DNA from: Podarcis muralis
Taxonomy: Eukaryota
Assembly (NCBI RefSeq): GCF_964188315.1
Contig: NC_135662.1
Span: 73,160,001-73,224,000, forward strand
DNA: 64,000 nucleotides
Direction: 5' to 3'
Shown here: positions 11,910-25,296 of the stretch, in pieces
How the letters are laid out: each line of letters starts with the position of its first letter
Numbering within the stretch: the stretch's first letter is position 1
Notes under the pieces: model-generated
Databases searched by the model: none
What the model was told of the DNA's origin: nothing
Seen by the model: the letters and a program-made list of their open reading frames with translations, nothing else
Position numbers and translations under genes: made by a program

Positions 11910-13744
11910 ACCAGCCTTCTCTATTAGGGAGAACACTCTTTTCCAAACAAACTACTGCTGATTTCCTCAGGGGCAGATCCTGCAGTCAGGAGGATAAGGG
12001 CCCCAAAATCAGCTCACCCACAATTGCCCTGCATACCTCAATTATTTTGGCTTTCCACTCCTCCTTCTCTATATTTGACCCTATCATTCCTATGGTTTAG
12101 TTTTTGTGCAAAAGCAGAAATAAGACATTGGTGGGTGTGGGGTTCCAATGAGGGAGGGGAATCAAAACTCTAGCTGTGTCAAAATAATTTTGCCATTCAC
12201 ACTCTGCTGCAGAGGCAGGACTTGATAAGAGCTGTAATCCATAATCTCTGGAGGGCACTAGGTTGTGGAAGGCTAATTCTGTGCAATGTCAGAATAACCA
12301 CCACAAATCAATTCTGAAAATACTATGGGAGGCTAGCACAGGAAACACTAGATTACAACCATCTGACTGTACTATTGTATGGAAGGTCTGCAATAAGTAA
12401 ATTAATGAAAGACAGCAAGTCCAGAGAGTAAGATACGTACATGTCGAAATCTCCTTCCACTGCTAGCTGCATCCATCCATGTTCTCACCATGAACTGCCC
12501 ATTCATTTCAGATGCATCTTACATATGTAGCCCTCCTTTCCCCCCTTCCTCTTCCTTGTTTTACATGCTTTCATTTTCATTCACTGGCAATCCGCCAACT
12601 GTGAAAAGAGTAACTTGTTGCAAAGCATTTGCCTGGAGAATTTTGGGTCATGGTGCTTTGGCTGTGGAGATAGCTGGAGGCATTTGGCTAAGCAACCTGT
12701 TCAGTGGATTGTGGATGCCTTCATAGTTCTTCATGTGATGAACAATGCCAGTATCAGCTTACGGTCTGCATGGAGAAGCTAATCTGTCTTGAGTGGAAAG
12801 GATGGAGCTAGGCAGCAATATACTTTACACTTTACCTCATGCCAGCTGAAACGATTACTAGATTTTATGGAAGCTTCTTTTTCTACAGTTAACGGCTTTA
12901 AAACAAAAGCGGGAGGACCACCTCACCCCTCTGCATAGCTTTTCCTTCCTGATTATCACTTAGAAACAGACTAGAAAAGCTATGAGGAGAGAAAATGTCG
13001 CAGGAGACCAATGGAGATTTTTTTGTCTCCAGGTCTAGACTCTGCTAAGACAAATGGAGAGAGACACAGAATTGATCTGCACAATGTCTTTCCTTATTCC
13101 TAAGCCTAACTCAGAAAACACTTCCTGTTGCAGATGTAAGTGATTTTAAAATGGTATGCTTATTGTTTGCAAGCATGTGTCTATAAATATTAGCAAGTGA
13201 CTGATGTAATCGGGAGGAAAAGGGAAAGATTGCTAATGTAGTTTCATGGCCAAAGTAGGTGCTTGTGTGAAGATGTCCCTCTGTGTGTGGCGAGGCTCTC
13301 TCAAACCTGACCCACCCCACCTCGTTCTTCTCTCTTGATTCCACCTAATACTCACACTCTGAATGAAAAGAAGGCTGTGTTTTGGTGTTCATATTGTTCA
13401 GGAAAGTGCAGATTTAAAATATCCACCTTTAAATGTGAACTGAATCAGATTACTACCCCATTCCTATGCCCAGGTTATGGACCTACTCCTTCGGGAGAAG
13501 GGGTGCAACTGGTTAGCATGCACGGATCTTGCAGCTACACAGGTTTAAAACAATGTAGCAATGCCTCCTTAAAGCAACAGGTCTTAGTGATGCCCTGTCA
13601 GTCTCGGGGAGATTAGTGAAGGTAATATGGGCAGTTTTTTGTTTTTGTTTTAATCTGTGGGACTATCCTCAAGAGCAATGGAGCATTATCAAGCTTTGAA
13701 CGTTGTTTTGAACTCATGCAGTAGCAGGAGCCCCATATTCTGGC

Positions 13745-14500
13745 TAGATGCTCATCCAGTAGGTTTCACTATTTAGAGAAGATGGGAAAGGGAGGCAGCC
13801 CTCAGACCACTTCATAATTGGAATCAATGAGCAATCAATGAATCCAGCAATGTATAGATTTGAAATTGGGCTGCGAACTGAAATGCACAATTGATATGGA
13901 CAAAGTTGATCAGGGTTGCTGGATTTGGGAACCAAACTTGCTGGATTCATCTCCAATCCCTACTCCAGGCATAATTTCAGCACCAGCATAACTTCATCTG
14001 GTCTGGATAGTATGGAAAAATAAAGCTGAGTGGAATCCAGATACTGGAAACACTGAACTCCCTGATGATCACGCTAAGCATTTTCATGTAGAATAACATG
14101 TAGATAAATAGCATAGGAGACAGTACAGAACCCCGTGGAGCCTCATATTGCAACTGCTATGAGGCTGAGCAGGAACCTCCAATGGCCACTTTCTGGATAT
14201 GTCCCTGCAGGTAGGAGTGAACCATGTCTCTCACTTCCAACCCACATAACCACTCCATAGTCATTGGTATCAAAAGCTGTGGAGAGTTCAGGGGAAATCC
14301 ACAGGGTTGCACTCCCCATGTCTCTTTCCCAAAACAGGTAATCAAAGCTCTGAGGCCAGTTGGGAATGGGTAGGGACAACTTGGTTCATCCAGCCATGTC
14401 CACAAGCCTGTTGCACAGTCACCAATATTTTGATGACGTTGCCCCCAAAACTATTGTGAAGTGCTTTTCATGCATCTTAGAGCCAAGGCAGGGATCTTGA
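13745..14500 (-). mobile_element. Degraded L2 LINE reverse-transcriptase region
   Basis: Translated remnants ELSTAFDT (cf. DLSAAFDT) and APRGSVLSPML (cf. VPQGSVLSPML); broken frames. Confidence 0.75.
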
Positions 14501-14646
14501 GGAGTAGCTATGCCACACTTTGATCTCTCTCTAGAGGGCAACTCCAGCTACCTGACACCTTCAGACTTGTCTGCAATTTGCAAGAGCTTGGTGGTATACC
14601 TGGATATAGAGAACTCCAGTCAGAAAGTTACATGCAGGACCATCAC

Positions 14647-14900
14647 TTAGAATTATAGCATCAGAAAAGGCTGTAAAGGTAATCTGGTCCAATGTCCTGT
14701 GGATGCAAGAAATTCAGTGCTACAACAGAATTAATAGGAGTCCCAAGACTCTGCATATAAAACTCTAACAAAGGAAGACACTTCCTTCGGAGACAGTCGT
14801 TTCCACTGTCAAACAGCTCATACCATCAGGACGTTCTTCCTAACACTTAGTCAATAAGGCTTTTCTTGTAATTTTAACCCACTGGTTCAGGTCTTACCCA
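14647..14900 (-). mobile_element. Degraded CR1 3' fragment
   Basis: TAGAATTATAG...ATCTGGTCCAA start and TTCCACTGTC..ACAGCTC.TACC.TCAGGA.GTTCTTCCTAA segment typical of antisense CR1. Confidence 0.6.
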
Positions 14901-17137
14901 GAAAAGATCACAGGATTAAGTGCTCATATATTTGGCTTGAGAATGCATCTAATTACCGTATCTTCTTTGAAAAGGACCTTCAAGAACATTTGAGAAATAA
15001 AACAAGACCTGAGATATAAATGAAACTTGTGGAATGGATGAGCACTTCTGGGGAGTGATGATAATAGGCAAATATATTCACTTCTGTTATATTGGTACAT
15101 GTCCCTTGATTTCTGTAAATGCATATCAATATTTGCAAGAAATTCCATTTTGGGGGCACTAAACTTGAGAACGCATCAAGGACAACCCAATAGGAGGTTT
15201 TCTCGGGGGAAACATAAAAACAAAGGAATAGATCGACTGAAGCCAGAGGTATATTTGGAAGCATCTGTTGAGAGATTGTAGCAGAAACATGAGATCAAAG
15301 ATGAGAAGATGAAAACAGACTCCCGAGACACCCCTCTTTTTGATTGTATTGTTGCTTTGGTGCTTGAAGAAACATTAAGTTACTTGGGATCACAAAGACA
15401 CACATACTAAAAATATGCATAAGCACCCATCTGAATTTTAATTTAAATGTTCCCCTTTATCTTTTTTTTGTAAAATTCTAAGCTAACTTCAGAATTGTCT
15501 TGACCAATGGTAATTGTCTCTAGCTGGGACTAAGTGGTATCCCCTTTTATTTTACTGGGTTGTGTGTGTTTTTTAAGAAAGACTACAAGATTTCAACACA
15601 CAAACACACTGGATCCTAACACAGAGAAATAGGCAATTAGTGCATAGAGCTATTTGGACCTGATAGCTAAAGAAAGAGAGAGGCGCTTAGGCTTGGTCGA
15701 ATGAGGGCCACTTTATTTAAGAGTAAACCCATAATAGAGCTCCTGCAGAGGGAAACACTATTGGTGTGGAAGCAAACCTTAAATTGAAGAATGTGCAGCC
15801 TCTGTGGTGACCCAAACCCATACCAGCAAGAACTGGAGGCACGGCTGTCCAACCCCGTTCTCAGGCCACATCATAAAGGTGGGTATGAAGGCCTATGCTG
15901 CTCTACACACAGCGTAGACCCCATAGTTTCAGGCCAATGATGCAAATTAGCTTCAGTGTTGACCTCTATCCTACCCTTAGCCCAGAGAGTAGGCATCAAG
16001 GCCAGCCCATCACACCCTGAAAGGTGCCTAAAGAGGGTCACCAGTCTGGAATTCCCTTTTCTCCCCAAAGTGGCTAAATTAAACACCACATGAACCTAAC
16101 AACACAGCAGACTGCCAACACCCAGCTACTCAGTGTGGAGTAGGTGAGAAAAACCAACCAAGCAAGAAAGTGGATTAGCAAAAAATTCCTACATGGCTCC
16201 AAAGTCACTAAGGAGTCCTCCTGAGAGTCAGGGAGGGAAGGGCAGTGCTGTAGTGAAGAGTAGGAGGAGAGAGTGGAGGAAGGTGAACCAGTCCATATGT
16301 CCTCTTTTTGCAGGACGTGTCCTCTTTTTCATGAGTATGTAAAATGAAAGCCGTCATAGCGATCCATAGTTAAATGTAGAAGTCGGCAAATGTGTCCTAT
16401 TTTTTGCTCTTCAAAATATGGGAGCCCTACCGTAAATAGCTCTCCAACATTGCACTGCACCATGCACCAAGTGTGTGTGATCTCATTAACTGAATAGACT
16501 ACAAATATCCCCTGCTGGCAAGTAGCTGGGCAGTAGCATGGTGGAATGGATTAAGAACCTGTCTTGTATCAATTCATACTATCATCATCATAATTTTATT
16601 TGTATGCCACCTTTCCATAGTTGAAGCCACACTCAAGGCGGCTTACAACATGGCAAGTTTTACAAAATTACAAACATAACAGAAGTCATAAACAATAAAT
16701 AAAACACATCAAAAATACACAACCAAATGGAAGCAATTTCCGTGTAAATCATAAGGTCTAAAACTAAAGATACAACAATAATATCAATAACAGCAACAGC
16801 TCTCTTAACCTCCCATAAACAATACTCTAGTCCAAGAATCTGTTCAACAGCTTCAGCTTTTGTAGTTGGAGTCAGTCCGCACTCCACTCTCTCAGGCCAG
16901 ATGGGAAAGGGCCAGCAAGGCAGGGTGTAGGTCTTCCAGGGCTCACAGCCAAGATGGTCTCATTTAAAACAACACAGATAAAAATTAAAAACAATTTAAA
17001 AACAGCCACAGTCCTTGTGAAGCCTGTGAAGCCCCACCCCAAGCCAGGTGGAAGGAGGCAGGCAGTCCTCCTGGGCAGCAACAGCAGCAGTCCTTAAGAG
17101 CAGAAGTCCTTGAGAGTCCTTAAGAACAGCTATGTGA

Positions 17138-17260
17138 ATACTGTTTCTACAGTGACTGGCAACAGCTCTCCAGGGTTTCAGAAAGGACTTAGTCCTATCT
17201 GGAGATGCCAGGATTGAAGCTGGGAATTTTGGTAGATAAATGACCTTATCACCGAGCCCT
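17138..17260 (-). mobile_element. tRNA-head SINE fragment (Squam2-like)
   Basis: GACTGGCA.CAGCTCTCCAGGGTTTCAGA shared with 63688-63860. Confidence 0.6.
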
Positions 17261-17324
17261 TCCTATGACCTTACAATGACAATGCATTTGAAAGGGATAA
17301 CAAAGGATTGGAGGTAGGGCAATG

Positions 17325-17467
17325 GTTCACAGAGGAGAAGCTTTGCACCAGCTCCAATCCCAGGAATCTCTGGTTATAGCCTGAAATCATGGAGAATTGA
17401 TGCCGGGAGGAGAAGGAAGTATTGAGGTAAAAGGACCAATGGTCTAATTCAATTTAAGTCAGCTTTC
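17325..17467 (+). mobile_element. Diverged Squam2-like SINE, opposite orientation to 17138-17260
   Basis: GGACCAATGGTCTAATTC and TCCCAGGAATCTCT are reverse counterparts of segments in the 63688 and 57914 copies. Confidence 0.5.
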
Positions 17468-17493
17468 TTTGTGCTTAAGTTTTACTCAGTATG

Positions 17494-17884
17494 TTTCCGA
17501 GCACAATTCAAAGTGTTGGTGCTGACCTTTAAAGCCCTAAACAGCCTTGGTCCGGTATACCTGAAGGAGCGTCTCCACCCTCATTGTTCAGCCTGGACAC
17601 TGAGATCTAGTGCCGAGGGCCTTCTGGCGGTTCCCTCACTGCGAGAAGCAAAGCTACAAGGAACCAGGCAGAGGGGCTTCTCGGTAGTGGCGCCTGCCCT
17701 GTGGAAAGCCCTCCCATCAGGTGTCAAAGAGATAAACAACTACCTGACATATAGAAGACACCTGAAGGCAGCCCTGGTTAGGGAAGTTTTTCATGTGTGA
17801 CAGTTTAATGTATTTTTAATCTTTGTTGGAAGCCGCCCAGAGTGGCTGGGGAAACCCATCCAGATGGGCAGGGTACAAATCATA

Positions 17885-17929
<45 letters not shown>

Positions 17930-17936
17930 TATTATT
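17494..17936 (+). mobile_element. L2 LINE 3' end with (TAA)n tail
   Basis: Translation FRAQFKVLVLTFKAL...FSVVAPALWKALP (L2 ORF2 C-terminus), then the 3' UTR GGAAGCCGCCCAGAG and (TAA)n. Confidence 0.88.
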
Positions 17937-18957
17937 ATGCAATAAAGTTGCATTTTTAAGAGTAAAATAGATACTGTGAAGGATTTCTCCCCACTACCTT
18001 GCTTTCTCCCTAGAGACTGTATACTGTTTTCTTGTAGGGACAAATGTTTCCCTTCTTCTGGAGCTGTTATATAAATGTCCTTTTCCAGCTAAGAAAGTTG
18101 GGTTGTGCCTGAGGCAAAGTACGCTAGTTTTTAGGCAAGTCATTTTTATAGATTTTGGAAATGTCTAGTTGAACAAGATAGACCACACTTGCATCATACA
18201 GGAAGATAACAGCCTGGTAAATGGGCATATGCTTTCATCTTTCCACATGGCTAAAAATCCCTCAACAGATCTTGGCAAGTAAAAACTAAACTGATCTGCT
18301 GTCAAGTGGATTGATTGGCAGAAGGCTCAGGCAGCTGGGGTGGGGGAAAACACTTCTCTGTACAAGACGTAATTCATTTATCAAATTTCTAGTCACAAGG
18401 TGGGCTGGTGGCTAGTACTTTAAACAGATTTAGACCAATACATTTTTATTGCCAAAACTTGAATCAGAAAGTACTGCGAATGTGGAGGTCATTTAGTGAA
18501 TCCGCTGTTACTGTGGTGTTCATCGTCACTGAGCATTTATGTACCATGCCAAGCACTCTGACTCTTATTTTCATTTTGCTCGGAAAAGACTAAGAATAAA
18601 GCTTATGGACAGCAAATGCAAGAAAGTTCTAGTTTGTACCGAATGACCTTGATCTGAATTGGTTAATGAAATGCATTAAGTATGCACACCAGTGTGAGAA
18701 CTCCAGACATGCAGACGTCTTTCTCATAAGCTAACTCATAACTTAATCAAGTTATCCAAGAGCAGATCTTGAAACTGATCCTCTTACGAGCCCGTTTAAG
18801 TACCACTCTTAAAGAACTATCACTGCCTTAGCCTCCACATGAAGGTATATACAGGAATTCAATCTCTCTGTTCATGACTTTAATTATGCTGCTGGTCCAA
18901 CTTAAGTGCTGCTTGCCTAACTTTTCATTCATTCTGTAACAACCTCCATATTGCTTG

Positions 18958-19497
18958 AAGGGCTGTCTTAAGCATATGCAGCGCCGAGGTGCACAAATCC
19001 GCCTGGTGCCCCCCCCCTGCCAAGTTGCCTAGAATTATCAACCTTTTTTTTTTAGCAGAGGAGCCCAGCGCAACAAACCAGCCGGAGGTGAGAGGTGGCC
19101 GGCCGCCTCAGTAGCAACAGAGGATACCGAGGCGGCGGCAGCAGCAAGGGTGCCTTGTGTGTGGGGGGGTCAGTGATCAAGCAGCGATCAAGCCATCAAG
19201 GCTGCCCGAGGTGGCAGCCTTGTGTGAGCAGTGTGTGTGTGCTGGGCGGGCCTCTCGATGGCCCGTCTATCCAAGGCCCACAGAAGGGCGGAGCCGCCCG
19301 GCTGCCTCAGTGCCCGCAGCAGAAAATCCTGCGGCGCTCCGACAGGCTCTGCTCCGCTCGGCAATGGCTTTAGGCTGGCCTGGCTCTCTTCAATCCCTGT
19401 ACTCTAAATCTCAGCCCCGGACTCTCAGCCTGGTGCTCCTGAGAGCCCGGCACCTGGGTGCCCTGCACCCCTAGCGCTTATGGGGAAGACGGCCCTG
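18958..19497. mobile_element. GC-rich non-autonomous hAT-type DNA transposon
   Basis: TIR AAGGGCTGTCTT vs reverse CAGGGCCGTCTT (10/12); 8-bp TSD ATTGCTTG (18950-18957) / GTTGCTTG (19498-19505). Confidence 0.75.
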
Positions 19498-20133
19498 GTT
19501 GCTTGATATCTCTAGTTGCAACAAAATAGTACAAGTGCTAGTGCGAAATGCAATCTCTGTGGCATGTCATGTCTCTCATTATGTATGTGCCATCTGAGAG
19601 AATATGTGCATATGTGTTTGCATGAACAGATGATGGCAGACATGAAGCAGCACCTGGTGGTGAGTGCAATTTGTGCTCCAGTCTTGAGGAAAGAAACTCC
19701 CAGCTTCATGTCCCAATTTCAGAAAAATAAAAAAAATCCAGCCCATACAATTACCATCTTCTCCCGTATGATCTGTGCTGCTTTGCAATGATGTAAGGTG
19801 AAACAAGAATTGTGGGTTGCATCTGTGTCCTACTCAGAGTTAGCCCACTGGAATCAATGGACCTAAGGTAGTCAGGTTAATTGATTTTCATGGGACTGTT
19901 CTAGGTAGGACTAACATTGAATAGAACCTTCTGAATAGAACTGCTATGATACCAGGTTGTCATTTTGGGTGGTGAAACTGCGGTGTGCACTCAAACCTTA
20001 ACAGTGCTGTCCTGTGCCTGGCTATGTGTTATGTGCACCCATTTCTGTGCACTGGTATTTACTTCCTAGTGACTGCAGTGAGTGTTGTATCTTGGCTCAA
20101 TTAAGCACTCATAATTAAGAGAGTGAACCACGC

Positions 20134-20134
<1 letters not shown>

Positions 20135-20170
<36 letters not shown>
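20135..20170. repeat. (AG)n microsatellite
   Basis: Direct reading. Confidence 0.95.
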
Positions 20171-20175
<5 letters not shown>

Positions 20176-23100
20176 ATTGGTGTGCCATTCAGGGGCTGCA
20201 GCATGATGCCTAGCCTGTGCCAATAGATCACCACAGATACAACAATGCCACAAATATAGGTTTTTGCCAACACCACTCCTGATGTTTCAGTGGAACTGGT
20301 TCACCTATTCAGCTGCCAGTTATCATGTCCAGGGAATTTGAGATATGCATGGATGCATGAACTTGCCTTCAGCCTAACATAGTGCTGAATGGAAATGCCT
20401 CTCACTATTAAGAGTTACATGCTTCTGTGCCCTGTGAGGCCAACAGAACACTGAATTGAAAGGGGACAAATGAGGCCTCTAGCCTAAAATTCCTAGGTCA
20501 GGATTTCAGAAACCTAAGTCAACACTAACAGATACCTAGTTCTAGGGATTTGATCAGTGCAAGGTCATTTACAGTTCCTGGGATTCTCCATGATTGTCAA
20601 AGTGAATAAGAATGCTTTAAATGTATAGCTTCAATGTGATCCATGCCTCACATTTGGACATGTTTGGAATACCCTAAAACCTAGCTGAGCTTTGGCTGAT
20701 GAAGTGCAGGGCTTTTACATATTTTATATATCAATATGATTTATATTCAGGGGAAGCTAGTCCAATAGGGTGAATGGGGGCACAAACCCACCAACCTATC
20801 CTCTTTCAGCCAGCCTCCACTCACCTGCCTTCTTACTTGGAACCAATTGGGAGGTGGCTCTTTGGCTAATTAAACTATCTATGGCATTTTAAACTGCGTG
20901 GTATTGTTTTTGTTATAATGTTATGCACTGTTGTTTTTAAATGGTAAAGGATCCTGTCATCCTCGATTGAAGGGCAGTATAACAATTTAATAAATAAGTA
21001 AAATAAATATTGTTGGTCCCTCTTCCTTCCACCCTACCAGTCCCAATGGCCCACAGCCACCAGTGTCTACTTGCATAGCTAGCTAGCTATCTGCACACAT
21101 CACACCTCTGAATTTGTTCAGATTGGAGCAGGAAGATAAAAGGGAGAAGAAAATATTAAAACACTACAAGTGTAAGATCCCAAGTTTACACTGGGGCAAA
21201 GTGTTTCTCAGGCCACTGGGAAGGAAACACTTGTTCTCATTGAAGTTTAGATAGATTCGGTGGGCATGTTTTCCAAATGATTCTTCAAAAACAATTATGT
21301 CTACAATAATTTTCAGCTTCAAGACATTCTTAAAAAAAAAAAAAAGGCAGCATGCCACTGAGTTTGTCAACGAACCAAGAGAAAGTAAAAGCTACATGCG
21401 AAGCAATTCTCTATCTAAGCGCAACATTGCACACATTAGTACTTTTAACCTTGGCTAGTCAAGCAAGCAAGCAGGAGGTGGAAACTAGTGAATTTATCCT
21501 CTTCTTGAAAGAAAGGCTGCACATTTCTATGGCATGAAACTTCCCCGCACAATCAAGAGATGGAAGAGCTAGGTGCCTGCAGGGAACAATATGAAGTCAG
21601 GAATGAGTTCCATTTCTGAGCTCCCTCACCCTTCTTCACCACTTCCATGCTAGCTTTGGCGCTTCATCCATGCTTTGATGGTTCATACCTATTATGTCTT
21701 GTTTTCCATTATGTCTAAACCAGGGAACTCAGACAATGCCAGGGGAAAAAGCCGGGAAATGATGTGAGGGATAGAAAGCGTGTTCCACTTCAGTATTCAT
21801 TCCCAGTTGCACAAACCATAGTTTATGAAGCTGAAAAGGGCTACCAAAACACAGATGTGTTCTTCATTTTGATAGGTTCAGCATCAAGAAGATACAAAGG
21901 TTTCACTAAAGCTAGGTGGTCACTAGGCGGTGCATTTTTGGACTCTATGAGGCCAAATTGACAAAGCCAAATCAAAAGCCCCCCAGCATATTCCTTTCAA
22001 AACTAGTTTCACTTTCATTAAAAAAGTACAATAAATCCACAATATATGCTTCTGAAACTAGATAATCAAATATACCTACATATATAGAATCCAAAATGCA
22101 TATATTGATTCTATAAACCAACCTAGTGTTCTGCTTTCTATTTAGTTTTATTTCATTGGTAACGATGTATCCATATCTGATGCAATCTTATTCTAACATT
22201 GCTGATGCTAGCTTTGCCCTTGTATACAATTCTGAGTCCTATGTTCATAAGGCAAATCTATCCATAATTTATTATTATGCAATCATTCTAGAGTAATTAT
22301 TTTTGCTGCCTGATCCTTGTTGTTCGCTAGCTTGTGAGGTAATAGGATTTCTCTCACAATGCTTGCAGCAATTTTCTGGGTTCTGCTGCTGAAGCATCTA
22401 ATTGCTCTAATTTTTCAGCCTGATAGCTTATTTATTCTGAACTATGGAACAGAAATTTGATGGTGGACCACATGTCGCTTCCAGGAAGCGAATCGTACCT
22501 TGAGCTTAAGGTGAAGAGTAAAACAGATCGACAAGCTGAGCTTAAGTAACCAAACCAGCACAACCTTATATATGTTTAATCAGAAGCAGGTTGCACTGAG
22601 TTTAATGTGGCTAGTTTGATGGGTCTTACTCTCAAGCAAGCATGCAGAGGATTGCACGGTACATTTTTAGGAGTGTGAAAACCTTCCTGTGAAATTCCGC
22701 AAGCCTTTCATAAATTATTTTTGCTTCCTTCAAGAGCATGCTGTTACTCCTCTTGGCCAAAATGTTCCTAGGGCTTGTACTTCTTTTATGCATTAATCTC
22801 CAGATGGGAACCCTGTGCAAGTGAGATTACTGATTGTGGGTGAGGTAACTTGTTCTGCAGACATTCTGGGATCAAATCAGAAGCTGGGATGGCTTTCATA
22901 ATTCCGGACTGTCCCTGGAAAATAGGAACACTTGGAGAGTATGGGCTTATGTCACCGAAATTGCCTTGAAGGGTGCTTGCACATTTTCCTGTATAACTTT
23001 CCTACTTGTAGGGCTAGGGAAAGGCAGGCAGGAAGGAGAAAGTCAGTCTGGCACCCCTAACAGACATAGGCCCTGGTGCAGGTACACCATTATTTATCTG

Positions 23101-23879
23101 ACTGTGGTCATATGGCTCTGTATCCTTCTCCATGGTCCCTCAAAACAAATCAACATAGAAGAGGAATGCGTCTCAACAACTCTCAGGTTTATTCAGTGAA
23201 CAGAAAGATAAGATCAACCCAGTAGCTGGGATGGGTTAACTTAACATTACACCACCTATGCTTTGCCTCTCTTGTTTTTGGTCCTTCAGAGCTGCGAGTT
23301 CCAGTTTCCCTTTGAGATACATTGTCACCCACAGTTGTGGTTGTTACTGCTCATCTTGTTTCAGGTTGGATGCAGTTGTAACAGACCCTCTTTGCTCACA
23401 CCTCAGCCTCTACCCTTGGTCCTAACCAGCTGTAGCCTCAGCTACATTATAGTACTAGTCATGCCATTTCCCTTCCTAGCTATTCAGCTTCTTCTTACCC
23501 AAACACACCATACTTCTTTATACACTAGTTTCTTTTAAAAAGTACCTCTTGCCTTGTATGCCAGATCCAGTAACTCCTACCACTTGCCGCTCACTCTCAG
23601 TATCTAACCCATGTTCATCTTCCAATGGCTTGGTCAACCATAACCCCTCTTCCCTTGTGTTTTTATCCATGACTTGTTCTGCCTCTGGATCTCCATTCTG
23701 GCTGGGTTCTTCTGCTCATCTCTCACATATACCAATCTTCAAATTAGATAAATGACTTACGTAAGTTACACTGAATTCAGTGGGACTTATGCCCAGGTAA
23801 ATGGGGTTATGATTGCAGCCTGAATCAATGGGTTACTTGTAGCCAGTTCACTCTTAAGTATTATTTTCTACTTATGGAG

Positions 23880-24250
23880 CATGCTTTTGCAGTGATCATG
23901 GTCAATATCATTATCGGTTCCTCCATTCCTGGTCATTTATGACATCCATTTTGATCAGTTTATAGTATTAAATTGTTTTGTGAGATGGTTGTTAATGTTT
24001 GCAGTTATTAATATGGCATACAATTCAACTCCATTATACCAATGACAGGTTGGCAAATCACTTCAGTGGGATATAGATTGCTCCCTTGCTCAATAGTATA
24101 TCCTTTATTGGTAGGCAAGAAATGGGTCTATAGATTTTTCAGGACTGCTGGAATTGCTATCCATATAATTATATATAGGCAGAATAATTCAAAATTCATT
24201 GATGGAAATCTGACAATCTGTCGTGCCTTGGTGTAATTTTTTAAGGTGCC
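23880..24250 (-). mobile_element. Highly degraded non-LTR RT remnant, possibly R4/Dong clade
   Basis: Antisense translation gives YRPISCLP, INNHL and DQNGCHK in the expected order, with frameshifts. Confidence 0.4.
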
Positions 24251-24944
24251 CGTATTTTTTTAGTTCTTTACATCAATAACTGTACCAATATCATCTCTCT
24301 CTTTTTTGCTTATATAATTTATATTACTTTCTATTACTTTCAACAGACTTCTAAAGCACACACTCACACACACACACAGAGAGAGAGATTGCTAATAGAA
24401 CAGTAGATATTTATTCAATTGTTAGAGGATACACAACACTGGTTGAGCTCCAGCCTTATCATTTTATATACACATTTAGGGGCATATTTGCAAATATTTG
24501 CTGCAGCAAACTTTATTATTAATGTAAGAAGGAGACTAGTATACGCAACAAAAGAATTTTACTTGAAATATGCAACCCACTTCCAATGATACCTACAATG
24601 TTTGTGCTTTACATTTACATTCCTTGTGTGCTGTTTGAAAAACCTCTTTCCTTCATATTGTTACAAAAGTTGGGTGCCCCCCCCCCTGCCAAGCGGTGGC
24701 AAGAGGCCATGGGGTTCCAGCCACTCGCCCAGCACCTGTGCTCCTTTGGAGAATTGAAGATATGGCAGAGACTGTCATAGCTTAAAAAAATATGGTTTAT
24801 TCATAGGAAGGAGTCCAGATCTTACAGTATGGTTATCTCAAGAAGCGTTTGTTCCCCACATCTCCTAATTCTGCTATCCCTAAACACTATGCCTCCTTTA
24901 TTTGGTTGCATTCTAATGGCCATTTCTTTTGATGCTCTGAAGTA

Positions 24945-25296
24945 AAAGGTCAAGGTAAAAAGACCCCTGACCATTAGGTCCAATCGTGGACGACTCTGGA
25001 GTTGCGGCGCTCATCTTGCTTTACTGGCCGAGGGAGCCGGCGTATGGCTTCCAGGTCATGTGGCCAGCATGACTAAGCCACTTCTGGCAAATCAGAGCAG
25101 CACATGGAAACGGTGTTGACCTTCCCGCCGGAATGGTACCTATTTATCTACTTGTACTTTGACATGCTTTCAAACTGCGAGGTTGGCAGGAGCAGGGACA
25201 GAGCAATGGGAGCTCACCCCGTCGCGGGGAATCGAACCGCCGACCTTCTGATTGCAAGCCCGAGGCTCTGTAGTTTAGACCACAGTGTCACCTGCG
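24945..25296 (-). mobile_element. Sauria SINE (Squam1-type)
   Basis: Full-length antisense copy with (ACCTTT)-type tail; long TSD 24911-24944 / 25297-25333. Confidence 0.9.
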
